Origin: a virus
Taxonomy: Duplodnaviria; Heunggongvirae; Uroviricota; Caudoviricetes
Length of the DNA: 64,000 nt
IMG/VR virus record: IMGVR_UViG_3300048850_000064
Coordinates: 39,743 to 103,742 of that record
Direction: 5' to 3' (one strand)
In this document: one piece after another, positions 28,040-37,122 of the stretch
How the letters are laid out: each line of letters starts with the position of its first letter
Position numbering within the stretch: position 1 is the stretch's first letter
The notes under the pieces: generated by a model
Databases searched by the model: none
What the model was told of the DNA's origin: nothing
The model's input: only the letters and a program-made list of their open reading frames with translations
Made by a program: the position numbers and the translations under genes

Positions 28040-28489
28040 GTGATGACTGATTTTAAATCGCCAACGGGCGACCTGATCGTCGCCATTCTCGAAACGACGC
28101 CCTGCCGTGTGGGTATAACCAGCATCAGCGCGGATGGCCGCGAGGTTGAATACGATGGCACCGGCTCGCAGATGTTCTGGGACGACCAGAAGCCGGTCAA
28201 GCGCAATGATTCATATGTGTTCCTGGACGAGAACGGCGGGGAATGGACCTTCGATCAGCTCATTAAGGTCGAAGAAGAGGAAGAGCTTCAGACGCTGACC
28301 GTCACGGGCGCGGAGCGCGACACTATCCTCGCTGCGCTGCGCTACTGGCAGGAACGCCTCACGATCACGGACCCTCACGCCATCGAGGATGAAAGTGACC
28401 TATTGGTCGAAATTGCCACGAACGCCGGCACCCACCCTGCGCTCGATGCCGAGGCCATCGACGAACTCTGTGAGAGGATCAATGTCTAA
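28040..28489 (+). CDS. Hypothetical protein
   Basis: 149 aa. Confidence 0.5.
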   Translation: MMTDFKSPTGDLIVAILETTPCRVGITSISADGREVEYDGTGSQMFWDDQKPVKRNDSYVFLDENGGEWTFDQLIKVEEEEELQTLTVTGAERDTILAALRYWQERLTITDPHAIEDESDLLVEIATNAGTHPALDAEAIDELCERINV

Positions 28490-28775
28490 CCTGTTCCTGC
28501 TCACCGGCACTGATCCGGATGACTCCGAAAGCGACCGCACGCTCCTTGTGAGCGCCCACGACGCCGCAGAGGCCTTCCAGTTCTGGAAGACCTACTACTG
28601 GCAGGAAGATACGGATGAATTCGCCACCTATGACGGCGAGATCCTCGAGAACGATCCGGGTGGTGAGACGCTCCAGATTTGGATGGTCAAGCACGATCCG
28701 TTCCACGCAGGGCCGCTCGAATGGGACGGAACGCAATGCCGCTGTGTCGGCTACGTCAAACCTTCGGAGGTTTAG
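28482..28775 (+). CDS. Hypothetical protein
   Basis: Start MSNLFLL at 28482 overlapping upstream stop. Confidence 0.45.
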   Translation: MSNLFLLTGTDPDDSESDRTLLVSAHDAAEAFQFWKTYYWQEDTDEFATYDGEILENDPGGETLQIWMVKHDPFHAGPLEWDGTQCRCVGYVKPSEV

Positions 28776-28988
28776 ATGAACGATCTCACTGGTAAGCGTC
28801 GCTACCGCCTCGGCGGATTCTTCCGCCGCAAACTCATCCTGCAGGTCGAGTATCGCTGGCACTTCGACGTTTCGCACTACGGCGATCGCGCCTCCCGCAC
28901 AGCCTGGCGCGATGCAAAGGTCGAAGACCTCATGACGATTCAGGCCTGCCATACACCCTTCCCTATCGCGGAGCGAGACAACAAATGA
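28776..28988 (+). CDS. Hypothetical protein
   Basis: 70 aa. Confidence 0.4.
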   Translation: MNDLTGKRRYRLGGFFRRKLILQVEYRWHFDVSHYGDRASRTAWRDAKVEDLMTIQACHTPFPIAERDNK

Positions 28989-30403
28989 TCAACGGAAAGA
29001 CTCTGATCGACTGGGGCTTTCAGCCTGGTCCGCAGTTCAAGGCGATGATCGCCGAGGGTAACGAGCTGCGCAAGCGCGGCGTGGCCGACGACGAAATCAA
29101 GGAGCAGCTCAAGGATTATGTGCCGGCGCCGGTCGAGGAGATCTCGATGCGCACCAATAGGCTGCACTTCGGCGACTTCCTGAAGGACGGCATCAACCGG
29201 GCCAACGACGACGAGGTGATCAACTACTACGGTGTCGTCGGGCACATGGACGTGCTCATGCGCGTGCCGACGATCGTCCGTGGCGCGATCATGCCCGACG
29301 CCTGCCCTTCCGGCTCGGCGCCCGGCACGATCCCCGTAGGCGGCGTTGTGGCGACGGAGAACGCGATCCATCCGGGTTTCCACTCGGCCGACATCTGCTG
29401 CTCGATGGCGATCTCCGTCTTCAAGCGGCGCGAGGACGTCGGCCGCGTGCTCGATGCAGCGATGAAGGCGTCGCATTTCGGCGTTGGCAAGCGCACTGCG
29501 TCCGAGGTCCGACAGCACAAGGAGCTCGTCAACCTGGTCAACACCTTCGAGAACAACCCCTTCCTCAAGGGGCTCGAGGATTACGGCATTCACCACTTCA
29601 TGACCCAGGGCGACGGCAACCACTTCTTCTACGTCGGCGAGATCGAATCGACCGGTCAGTTGGCGATCGTCACGCATCACGGCTCACGCGGGCTGGGCGG
29701 CGGGCTCTACAAGCGCGGCAAGGCGGTCGCGCAGAAGCATACCGCTATCGTCGCACCGCGCGTCCCGCTCCACAACGCCTGGATCGATGCGGACACGCAG
29801 AACGGCCAGGACTACTGGTCGGCGTTGCAGACGGTGCGCCTGTGGACGAAGATGAACCACTTCGCCATCCACGACGCCGTTGCTAAGCGTATCGGCAATG
29901 CGGTCGTCGATCGCTGGTGGAACGAGCACAACTTCGTCTTCCAGAAGTCCGACGGCCTCTTCTATCACGCCAAGGGCGCGACGCCGTCCTATAGCGGCTT
30001 TGCGGCCGACGACAGCGGCGCCACGCTGATCCCGCTCAATATGGCGCAGCCGATCTTGATAACGCGCCATCGCAACAATGACGATGCCCTTGGCTTTGCT
30101 CCGCACGGCGCCGGCCGCAACCTGTCACGCACGGCACATATGAAGCGCCTGGCCGCGGAGTTCGGCGATCACCGGGGTCTTTCGCCGCGGGCGGTCGAGA
30201 CCATCATCGAACGCGAAACCAAGGGGCTCGACGTGCGCTTCTACACCGGCGTTGCCGACGTCTCGGAGCTGCCGAGCGCCTACAAGAACGCCGACCAGGT
30301 GCACAAGCAGATCGCCGGCCAGGGCCTCGCCCATGTCGCTGACCGGATCATGCCGCTCGGCTCGATCATGGCCGGCGAAATGAACTGGAATCGGAAGAGG
30401 TAG
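28985..30403 (+). CDS. rtcB: RtcB-family RNA 3'-phosphate/5'-OH ligase
   Basis: HHGSRGLG and HGAGRN metal-binding motifs; 472 aa typical size. Confidence 0.7.
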   Translation: MINGKTLIDWGFQPGPQFKAMIAEGNELRKRGVADDEIKEQLKDYVPAPVEEISMRTNRLHFGDFLKDGINRANDDEVINYYGVVGHMDVLMRVPTIVRGAIMPDACPSGSAPGTIPVGGVVATENAIHPGFHSADICCSMAISVFKRREDVGRVLDAAMKASHFGVGKRTASEVRQHKELVNLVNTFENNPFLKGLEDYGIHHFMTQGDGNHFFYVGEIESTGQLAIVTHHGSRGLGGGLYKRGKAVAQKHTAIVAPRVPLHNAWIDADTQNGQDYWSALQTVRLWTKMNHFAIHDAVAKRIGNAVVDRWWNEHNFVFQKSDGLFYHAKGATPSYSGFAADDSGATLIPLNMAQPILITRHRNNDDALGFAPHGAGRNLSRTAHMKRLAAEFGDHRGLSPRAVETIIERETKGLDVRFYTGVADVSELPSAYKNADQVHKQIAGQGLAHVADRIMPLGSIMAGEMNWNRKR

Positions 30404-30407
30404 AATC

Positions 30408-30803
30408 ATGTGGATCAACCTGGATGAGAAGCAGCTCGAACACGTCAAGGAGGCGATGATCGCCTTTGCGGAAGGCAACGAGCGCGACGCTAAGCTTTTC
30501 TGGACCGAGGAGCTGCGCAAGATCCGCGAGCGCCTGGAACAGGAAGCCAAGGATTATCGCATCATAGCGGATCGCGTCCAGGAGACCCTGAAGCCGGGCG
30601 CGAACGACGACGCTCTCCGCACGGCCGCTCACGAGAAGTATTCCGGTCTCGATAGCTCCCACCGCATCGATGACAACGAGCTGGATTGGGACGACGTGCC
30701 GACCGTCTCGGCCAGTGACGAAGGCGCCTACGTCATGGCCTGGCTCTGGGTCAGCAATGAGGAGGCCGGGATCGGCGAGGAGGACGACGATGACCGTGAG
30801 TGA
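30408..30803 (+). CDS. Hypothetical protein
   Basis: 131 aa. Confidence 0.5.
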   Translation: MWINLDEKQLEHVKEAMIAFAEGNERDAKLFWTEELRKIRERLEQEAKDYRIIADRVQETLKPGANDDALRTAAHEKYSGLDSSHRIDDNELDWDDVPTVSASDEGAYVMAWLWVSNEEAGIGEEDDDDRE

Positions 30804-31017
30804 AGCCTGGAACATGCGCTGCCCGAGCTGCGGCAAGGATGACGAGCTCGACGTCCAGATGAAGGTCTGGGGTCGCCTAAAATGCGACGGCACGGACTGT
30901 GATGCGTCCGTGGACGGCGATCACGAATGGTCTGACGAGTCGCTCTGCGCCTGCGGTAATTGCGGCTGGAGGGGCACTGTAGCCGAAGCCGAGATTCCGA
31001 AGGATGACGAGTCTTAG
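30790..31017 (+). CDS. Zinc-ribbon small protein
   Basis: CPSCG...CACGNCGW. Confidence 0.45.
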   Translation: MTVSEAWNMRCPSCGKDDELDVQMKVWGRLKCDGTDCDASVDGDHEWSDESLCACGNCGWRGTVAEAEIPKDDES

Positions 31018-31051
31018 GATCCACAAATAACCGAGAGCACCCCTCGTGCTT

Positions 31052-31083
31052 TCTGCTATATATCAATTCATCAATGACTGAAC
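31052..31083 (+). promoter_or_regulatory. Promoter/operator signature (TCTGCTATATATC + TCATCAATGACTGAA)
   Basis: Read directly. Confidence 0.5.
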
Positions 31084-31097
31084 AGAAGGAGTCAAGA

Positions 31098-31361
31098 ATG
31101 CATATCCAGAACGTCGCCCTTGCAGCTCAGGTTTCCGAACGCTTGACGGGCGTTCGCCGCTCGCTGATGGCGATCAAGGGACGTGAGCCGGAGTTCCGGC
31201 TGCCGGCCGGAGGCGAGCTCACGCAGGGCGCACGCGAGGCTATTCGCCACATCATTCTCGGCGACCTGGCACGCCAGGAGACCGAGCTGAGCGCCGGCCT
31301 TGAGGCCCTTGGTCTCGACACCGCGGCCGACAGCTTCATGAACGACCTGGCAGCGGCCTGA
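31098..31361 (+). CDS. Hypothetical protein
   Basis: aggag RBS at 31087; alt start 31074. Confidence 0.5.
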   Translation: MHIQNVALAAQVSERLTGVRRSLMAIKGREPEFRLPAGGELTQGAREAIRHIILGDLARQETELSAGLEALGLDTAADSFMNDLAAA

Positions 31362-31365
31362 TCCG

Positions 31366-31491
31366 ATGCCGCTTGTCGATCCGGCGTTCGAGCTCCTGGT
31401 GAGGTTCGCGATCGCCGGATCGGCGACCTTCCTGTGCGGCATAGGGCTTTCTGCCTGGCTGATCTGCCGCAGCTATCCACGGGGCAAATAG
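31366..31491 (+). CDS. Small membrane peptide (41 aa)
   Basis: Hand-translated MPLVDPAFELLVRFAIAGSATFLCGIGLSAWLICRSYPRGK; below ORF-track cutoff. Confidence 0.35.
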   Translation: MPLVDPAFELLVRFAIAGSATFLCGIGLSAWLICRSYPRGK

Positions 31492-31605
31492 ATGACAGCA
31501 CTCGCAGCAATTGGCGCGATCCTTGTGATTGCGCTGGTAATGCTCGGCGCCGACAGGGCGCTCGGGTTTTTCGACAAAAATGGCAAGAAAAGAAGGAGAT
31601 CGTAA
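31492..31605 (+). CDS. Small membrane peptide (37 aa)
   Basis: MTALAAIGAILVIALVMLGADRALGFFDKNGKKRRRS; TAGATG coupling. Confidence 0.35.
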   Translation: MTALAAIGAILVIALVMLGADRALGFFDKNGKKRRRS

Positions 31606-31606
31606 C

Positions 31607-32464
31607 TTGCAGAAATTGGTTCTTGGGGTCATCGGCGTGGCCGGACTGTTCGTCTTCCTCACGCTTTTCGGATCGTTCTACACGATCGACCAGGGCGAAC
31701 GCGGCGTCATCACGCGCAATGGCGCCGTGATTGGCTCGGCCGATCCGGGGCTGCACTTCAAGCTGCCCTTCGTCGACGCCGTGCATGAAATTTCGGTGCA
31801 GACCGCGGCCGTCGCCTTCGAAAACGAGCCGGTCTATTCCGCCGACCGTCAGTCGGCATCTGTGACCTTCTCGATCAACTATTCGGCGCTGCCGGGTGAG
31901 GTGAAGACGATCTACGCCCGCTACGGTTCACTGGAGAGCCTGGAATCGCGCGAACTTTCGCGCCAGGCCCGACAGCAGATCAAGAACGTGTTCGGCCAGT
32001 TTACCGCAGAGACGGCGATTCGCGAGCGAGGGCGGCTGAATGCCGAGGTCTACGACGCGCTCGCCAATCTCGGTGACGGGCTGATCAAGGTCGAAGGTTT
32101 GCAGATCGAGAATATCGACTTCTCCGACGCCGTCGAGACTGCCGCGGAGGATCGCGCAAAGGCCGAAATGAACGTCCAGACGAAGAAGCAGGAGCTGGAG
32201 AAGACGAAGGTCGAGGCGCAGATCACGGTGACCGAAGCCAAGGCGCGAGCCGACAGCGAAGTCGCAGCGGCCACGGCAAGAGCCGAGGCTAAGCGAATGG
32301 AAGGTGATGCCGAAGCTGCCGCTATCCGCGCGAAAGGCGATGCGCTGCGTGAGAATCCCGGTCTCGTCCAGCTCATTCAGGCAGAGCGTTGGGACGGGGT
32401 GCTGCCGACGACGATGGTGCCCGGCTCGACCGTGCCCTTCATGAACATGGCTGCGACCAACTAA
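31607..32464 (+). CDS. SPFH/band-7 (prohibitin/HflC-like) membrane protein
   Basis: N-terminal TM then SPFH-like core and long Ala/Glu-rich coiled coil; TTG 31607 after aaggag RBS (alt ATG 31580 overlaps upstream peptide). Confidence 0.55.
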   Translation: MQKLVLGVIGVAGLFVFLTLFGSFYTIDQGERGVITRNGAVIGSADPGLHFKLPFVDAVHEISVQTAAVAFENEPVYSADRQSASVTFSINYSALPGEVKTIYARYGSLESLESRELSRQARQQIKNVFGQFTAETAIRERGRLNAEVYDALANLGDGLIKVEGLQIENIDFSDAVETAAEDRAKAEMNVQTKKQELEKTKVEAQITVTEAKARADSEVAAATARAEAKRMEGDAEAAAIRAKGDALRENPGLVQLIQAERWDGVLPTTMVPGSTVPFMNMAATN

Positions 32465-32491
32465 TCGTCCTCCCAAGACGACAACTGAGGA

Positions 32492-32521
32492 AGGCGGGTT
32501 TTCGGACCCGCCTTTTCTTTT
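32492..32521 (+). terminator. Rho-independent terminator
   Basis: AGGCGGGT-tttcgg-ACCCGCCT followed by TTTTCTTTT. Confidence 0.7.
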
Positions 32522-32543
32522 GGGCGGCGCGTCCCATGGGAAT

Positions 32544-32834
32544 CTAACCCTTGTCGCGGTTCTTGAAGGCGGACACAGGGTCCGTCTCGAGGCTGCTGCC
32601 ATAGAGCTCGATAATCTGGTTGGCAGTGCCGGTGCAGGCAAAGCAGGGGCTGTCGCACTTGGCGCTGCAGAGGAGCTCGACGATCTGCCGGCGCGTTGGT
32701 TTCGCGGCGAGAGTTCGAAGCTTAAGGCCGAGAAACAGCGCCGTGTCCGGCGTCAATCGGACCTCCTTTCCGGCGTGACCGCGCGCCGTGAACAGATCGG
32801 CGAGCTCCGCCTCGGTCTTCCAGCCCCTGCCCAT
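32544..32834 (-). CDS. Hypothetical protein
   Basis: Minus-strand ORF, likely start MGRGWKTE. Confidence 0.4.
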   Translation of the reverse strand: MGRGWKTEAELADLFTARGHAGKEVRLTPDTALFLGLKLRTLAAKPTRRQIVELLCSAKCDSPCFACTGTANQIIELYGSSLETDPVSAFKNRDKG

Positions 32835-32836
32835 GG

Positions 32837-33025
32837 TCAGGCCGGAAGCGCGTTCGTGCCGTAGAGCAGCGCCTCGATGGCGAGCTGGCCGCAATCATTG
32901 CTGGCCTGGGCGAGGAAGGCCTCGCGGTCAAAGGTGAGATTGGAGCTCATGACGAAGTCCTCAATGGTCGCGAGGATGCGCTCGCGGAGTTGATCGGCGT
33001 GGTTCAGAAATTCTGTGCGCTGCAT
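32837..33025 (-). CDS. Hypothetical protein
   Basis: Minus-strand ORF abutting previous; start MQRTEFLN. Confidence 0.4.
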   Translation of the reverse strand: MQRTEFLNHADQLRERILATIEDFVMSSNLTFDREAFLAQASNDCGQLAIEALLYGTNALPA

Positions 33026-33168
33026 TTTTGTTCCCTGTTTGTTCACTAGGACCATATTCCTAGATTTCAACATGGAACGTGTCAACTCTTGCCTGCACTA
33101 CCCAGCCGAAAGCCAACAGAATTTTTGCGATAGTGCATCATCGACAACGAAATCAGCGGAGCTGAGCG

Positions 33169-33549
33169 ATGCAGATTTGGACGAAAGAGCGGGTGCAGGA
33201 GCTTCTCAAGGTCAGCGACAAGGCCGTCGCCCGCGCCATCCTCGCACTCTATTCCCGACAAACGGCCTCGGAGCAGGCCGGCGAGCAGACCGATGTCGAG
33301 AACGGCGTCGGCTTCAACAAGATCGACGCGCCGTTCCTGTCGTCGATCGCCAAGGCCCTGCCCCGCTACAACAACCACATGACCGAGCGCCAGCTCAGGA
33401 CGGCGCGCAAGATGCTGCCGAAATACTGGCGCCAGCTCTGCGAGATCGCCAATGAGCGCGAGGCGCAGAAAGAGCCCTCGGTCGACCCGGTCATCGCCGC
33501 CCAAAAGATCCAGGAAGCGCCGGCCCGGCAGTTCGGCCGCTTCTCCTGA
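33169..33549 (+). CDS. Hypothetical protein
   Basis: 126 aa. Confidence 0.5.
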   Translation: MQIWTKERVQELLKVSDKAVARAILALYSRQTASEQAGEQTDVENGVGFNKIDAPFLSSIAKALPRYNNHMTERQLRTARKMLPKYWRQLCEIANEREAQKEPSVDPVIAAQKIQEAPARQFGRFS

Positions 33550-33554
33550 TTCGC

Positions 33555-33594
33555 CAGTCATTGCTGACTGATTGGGGCGGCTACGCTATAATCG
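33555..33594 (+). promoter_or_regulatory. Operator palindrome CAGTCATTGCTGACTG + CGCTATAATCG
   Basis: Read directly. Confidence 0.5.
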
Positions 33595-33617
33595 CCGTTT
33601 TCAATCAGGAGGTAATG

Positions 33618-33746
33618 ATGAAGAAGAATCCGGTCGCCAAAGCGTTGCGTTCGCCCCATCTGCGGACGCAAGCCGTCAAGCCGAAGCGGGGCCGTGGCTC
33701 CTACAATCGGAAGAGGAAAAAGCTTGAGAGGGAGTTCACGCCATGA
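33618..33746 (+). CDS. arfA: ArfA-like alternative ribosome-rescue factor
   Basis: AGGAGG RBS; NPVAKALRSPHLRTQAVKPKRGRGSYNRKRKK parallels ArfA [28 protein letters not shown]. Confidence 0.45.
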   Translation: MKKNPVAKALRSPHLRTQAVKPKRGRGSYNRKRKKLEREFTP

Positions 33747-33815
33747 AGCCGATGCTATAACACTCGCAAAGCGCGATTCGCGCGCCGTCGAGACCTCGCG
33801 GGTGTTGGATAGAAA

Positions 33816-34061
33816 ATGCTGGATGTAATCGCCCTCTATATGACCGTGCAGATCCTCGGCGGAGCCCATCCTGAGGTGAAAATGCTGCCTGGCAATTTCA
33901 TGACCGTCGAGCAGTGCGAAAAGCTCTCGGCCATGGCGAACAAGATGGCGCCAGAGGCCAAGTTCGACAAGGGCCGGCCGGTCATCCAGGAATATGCGGA
34001 ATGCGTGCCGGTCACGGATCTCGCGCTCGAGCAGGCAAACAAGGTCATCAGTGGCAAATAG
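33816..34061 (+). CDS. Hypothetical secreted/membrane protein
   Basis: Hydrophobic N-terminus. Confidence 0.45.
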   Translation: MLDVIALYMTVQILGGAHPEVKMLPGNFMTVEQCEKLSAMANKMAPEAKFDKGRPVIQEYAECVPVTDLALEQANKVISGK

Positions 34062-34062
34062 C

Positions 34063-34092
34063 AAAAAGGCCCGCGATTACGGGCCTTTACGG
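34063..34092 (-). terminator. Hairpin terminator (strong for minus-strand gene, weak bidirectional)
   Basis: GGCCCG-cgattac-CGGGCC; on minus strand followed by TTTTTGC. Confidence 0.55.
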
Positions 34093-34094
34093 GG

Positions 34095-34328
34095 TTAGGC
34101 GGCTATGTCGAGCGCCTCCTTCTCTATCGCTTCGGGCCAACGGTTGCCGGCGTAACAGATGACCTCGCGGGCGAAAATTGTCGAATCGGTTGAAAACTGC
34201 TTGAAATAGGTAATCCAGTCGGCCCTGATACCTTCCGTCTCGAAGAACTCATCCGCCGCGGTGAGTATGTGATTCTGGAACCGTTCGACCAAATCCTCGA
34301 ACGACAGATCCTGTTGTGACGTTGCCAT
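34095..34328 (-). CDS. Hypothetical protein
   Basis: 77 aa minus-strand ORF. Confidence 0.45.
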   Translation of the reverse strand: MATSQQDLSFEDLVERFQNHILTAADEFFETEGIRADWITYFKQFSTDSTIFAREVICYAGNRWPEAIEKEALDIAA

Positions 34329-34500
34329 TTCTTTCTCGCATTACCCCGCCTAGTGGTTGAACTTTTATTTTCAAGGGAAATTGCCGGCACGGGGAAATTC
34401 ATCCTCGGGTCTCGCCGTCCGGTGCTACCGTCGATACGTAATCAGTTCGGATTAGGCAAGCGGATTTTTAGGGTTTTTAAACGATTTGCGACACCCCGCG

Positions 34501-34528
34501 AGTCAGTTGCTATAACTCTATTGTGACT
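34501..34528 (+). promoter_or_regulatory. Promoter signature AGTCAGTTGCTATAACTCTATTGTGACT
   Basis: Read directly. Confidence 0.45.
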
Positions 34529-34559
34529 TGAAAACGAATACCCGAAAAAGGAAGAAATT

Positions 34560-34877
34560 ATGAATAATGAAGCGCCGTCGTTCTTTTCACTTACACAGGG
34601 AACGCCGGCCGAGAATGTTGCCGAGCTGGGCGAGGTGACCTGTGGCGTGGTGCTCACACCCGACGGCTCCTTCCGGGTCTTTGCCAGCGGTATCGATGCC
34701 ACGGCGCTTGCCGGCGACGATCTCACCGTTGAGCAGGAAGCTCAGTTGGAGATGGGTCGTAAGCTGACAGCGCTTACATTGGCGCTTTCCAACGATCAGG
34801 TCATGGCCGTGTTACTCGATTTGGCCGGCAATCCTGATCTTGACCTGGAGAGCCTGACCGATGTCCCAGTCCACTAA
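34560..34877 (+). CDS. Hypothetical protein
   Basis: 105 aa. Confidence 0.5.
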   Translation: MNNEAPSFFSLTQGTPAENVAELGEVTCGVVLTPDGSFRVFASGIDATALAGDDLTVEQEAQLEMGRKLTALTLALSNDQVMAVLLDLAGNPDLDLESLTDVPVH

Positions 34878-35286
34878 GACCTTGCGCGAAATTCTGCTCG
34901 AAAGAGGCGGGCGCGCCCGAGCCCTCGATCCCGACGACGTCATGGAGACGATCCGCGACTTCCTGAAGGAAAGCCCTGAAGGTGTCGAGGAGCTGGCGCC
35001 GGGTATGGTGCTGAAGCCGAAGCCGCTCACCCGTGCCGCCCAGATCGGCAAGATGCACACCGCGGCGCTCGAGACGCGCCGCAAGCAGACGAAGGAGCGC
35101 TATGCCGAGCTGGTGCCGGTGGTGCAGGGCGCAATCGACGCCAATCCGAACATCACGCTGCGGCAGATCGCCGAGCTGCTCAACGACCGCGGCTTCAAGC
35201 CGGCGCGCGCGGCCGAGTGGACGCCCGGCACGGTCAGCTTTCTCATAAAGAATGCAGGAATAAAATATGAACCGCCTGAGACTTGA
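34861..35286 (+). CDS. Hypothetical DNA-binding-like protein
   Basis: C-terminal ITLRQIAELLNDRGFKPARAAEWTPGTV resembles recombinase-domain HTH. Confidence 0.4.
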   Translation: MSQSTKTLREILLERGGRARALDPDDVMETIRDFLKESPEGVEELAPGMVLKPKPLTRAAQIGKMHTAALETRRKQTKERYAELVPVVQGAIDANPNITLRQIAELLNDRGFKPARAAEWTPGTVSFLIKNAGIKYEPPET

Positions 35287-35503
35287 ATACGCCGCGGAGG
35301 CCTTCCTCGCCGGCATGAGGAAAGAATTCCTGAAACACCACCCGGGCCAGGACTGTCCGATCCGGGAATTTCGCGACTATACGCCAAGCGACCGCAGCAT
35401 CCTGATGCGCGCGGTCCTGGCGACGGCGACTGCGGTCAGCCCCGAACATGACGAGGCATTCTCCAAATGGCTCGAGCGCCGCCCGGAGAATGCGGCCGCC
35501 TGA
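35267..35503 (+). CDS. Hypothetical protein
   Basis: 78 aa. Confidence 0.4.
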   Translation: MNRLRLEYAAEAFLAGMRKEFLKHHPGQDCPIREFRDYTPSDRSILMRAVLATATAVSPEHDEAFSKWLERRPENAAA

Positions 35504-35571
35504 AATAACCGACCGACTTCCTTCTCTGTCAGCGCTATAGTCAGTCATGAATGAGTTGATAGGAGACGCGC

Positions 35572-35733
35572 ATGATTTTCCAGATGCTGTTTAACCAGGC
35601 ATTCGAGGCGGGCAGGATCCGCATCGTGCGCAAGCCCGACAGTTCCTACAGCATGCAGGTGCGCGTCTTTGGCGCCTGGTTCGGCATCGCCAACATCAAG
35701 GAATACGAGGTGAAAGAGAATGAGCGCCTATAA
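35572..35733 (+). CDS. Small hypothetical protein (53 aa)
   Basis: Hand-translated MIFQMLFNQAFEAGRIRIV...; downstream of promoter motif 35532-35555. Confidence 0.3.
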   Translation: MIFQMLFNQAFEAGRIRIVRKPDSSYSMQVRVFGAWFGIANIKEYEVKENERL

Positions 35734-35968
35734 CATCATCAAGGCGATCGAGGCCGAGGCTGTGACGCGCCGGCAGGAGGACAAGTCCGACGCCTACGAG
35801 CTGCGGATCCTCTTGCGCTGCGGCCGCGAGATTCGCTGCAGTCAGCATCGATCCGACTCCTACTTCCTCAAGGTCGAGGAGCTCGAGGATCACCTCGGCC
35901 TGCCGGTCAACCGGATCGCCTACCTGCCCTATGAGGCGATCGACAAGGTGGTGCCGAAATGGCTCTGA
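35720..35968 (+). CDS. Hypothetical protein
   Basis: 82 aa. Confidence 0.45.
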   Translation: MSAYNIIKAIEAEAVTRRQEDKSDAYELRILLRCGREIRCSQHRSDSYFLKVEELEDHLGLPVNRIAYLPYEAIDKVVPKWL

Positions 35969-36435
35969 CGGGTAAGAGTTTCAGCGGCCTGATCGTCGAC
36001 GAGTTCGACGACAAGACGGGGCTGTTCAAGCATGTCGGCGAAATCTTCGGAGCGCCACGCGGCGGGTTTACCCATTTCTGGCTCGACGAGTGGTCGAGCT
36101 TTTCCAAGGACATCTTCAAACTGGATCTGGACTGCGTCGCCACCTTCGAGGACGAGCGCGTGCCGGACGCTACGGTTAAGATCTACGAGAAGGGCTTCGA
36201 CAAGCACGATCCGCGTCATCCGAATCCGGCTGCCGGTCATCGGTCGACGAAAGCCTACACGCTCAAATGCGGCGACAGGCAGATCGGCGCGCCATTCGGC
36301 AATCTGCAGGCTGCCAAGATGAAGGCGAAGACCCTGCACGAGCGCATGGTCGAGGAGGTGCTGGCGCTGCGGCGCGAACAGGAGCTTGAAAAGCTGGCGA
36401 GCCAGGCCAGCAATCCGAAATTTGGGATGTTCTGA
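35959..36435 (+). CDS. Hypothetical protein
   Basis: 158 aa. Confidence 0.5.
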   Translation: MALTGKSFSGLIVDEFDDKTGLFKHVGEIFGAPRGGFTHFWLDEWSSFSKDIFKLDLDCVATFEDERVPDATVKIYEKGFDKHDPRHPNPAAGHRSTKAYTLKCGDRQIGAPFGNLQAAKMKAKTLHERMVEEVLALRREQELEKLASQASNPKFGMF

Positions 36436-36446
36436 GGAGTTAAAGG

Positions 36447-36751
36447 TGATCGTCGTTACCGATAAAATGACAGATGCTGCCGCCCGCGTCTTAAACAAGC
36501 GCCTGGCCGACGGAAGTGGCCTTCACGGCGTCTCCCGGGCGATGCTTGAAGCTGCTCTCGCCGTGGTCGAGGACGACCCGCCATTCGATCCTGCGACGCC
36601 GGTGCGGATCAGAAAGGGTTGCCGCTGGAAATCCGGCCCGGTGACTATTCACATGATCGACGGCCGCACCGCGCTCGTCAGCCGCACCAACTCCATTTCC
36701 CGCCAGAAATGGTGGATCAGCCTGGACAGCCTGGAAATCGCCCATGACTGA
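36447..36751 (+). CDS. Hypothetical protein
   Basis: GTG start after ggag RBS. Confidence 0.4.
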
Positions 36752-37085
36752 CGACGAGAAGAAGGCTAAGGTCCGCGAGCTCAACGACGAGCTCCGCACC
36801 AAGGGCGGGGCGCGCAACGGGAAGATCATCTTCACCGGCGCGCTCGGTCAGGATTCGGTCGAGAAGCGACTGATCGTCTATCGGGCGGCCCGTGCCTTCA
36901 ATACCTTCACCGAGCAAAACGACCCGCACGGCGAACATGACTTTGGGCGTTTCAACGTCGGCGACGAGGAGTTCATGTTCAAGTTCGACTACTTCGCCCT
37001 GGACGAAATGTTCGGTAGCGAACACCCCGAGGATCCGAATGCGACGATCCGGATAATGTCGATCTTCTACGCCTCGGACTACTGA
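36744..37085 (+). CDS. Hypothetical protein
   Basis: 113 aa. Confidence 0.5.
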   Translation: MTDDEKKAKVRELNDELRTKGGARNGKIIFTGALGQDSVEKRLIVYRAARAFNTFTEQNDPHGEHDFGRFNVGDEEFMFKFDYFALDEMFGSEHPEDPNATIRIMSIFYASDY

Positions 37086-37122
37086 GCTTCCGCTATAAAC
37101 CAGATGCTTCCCGACGAGTGAC

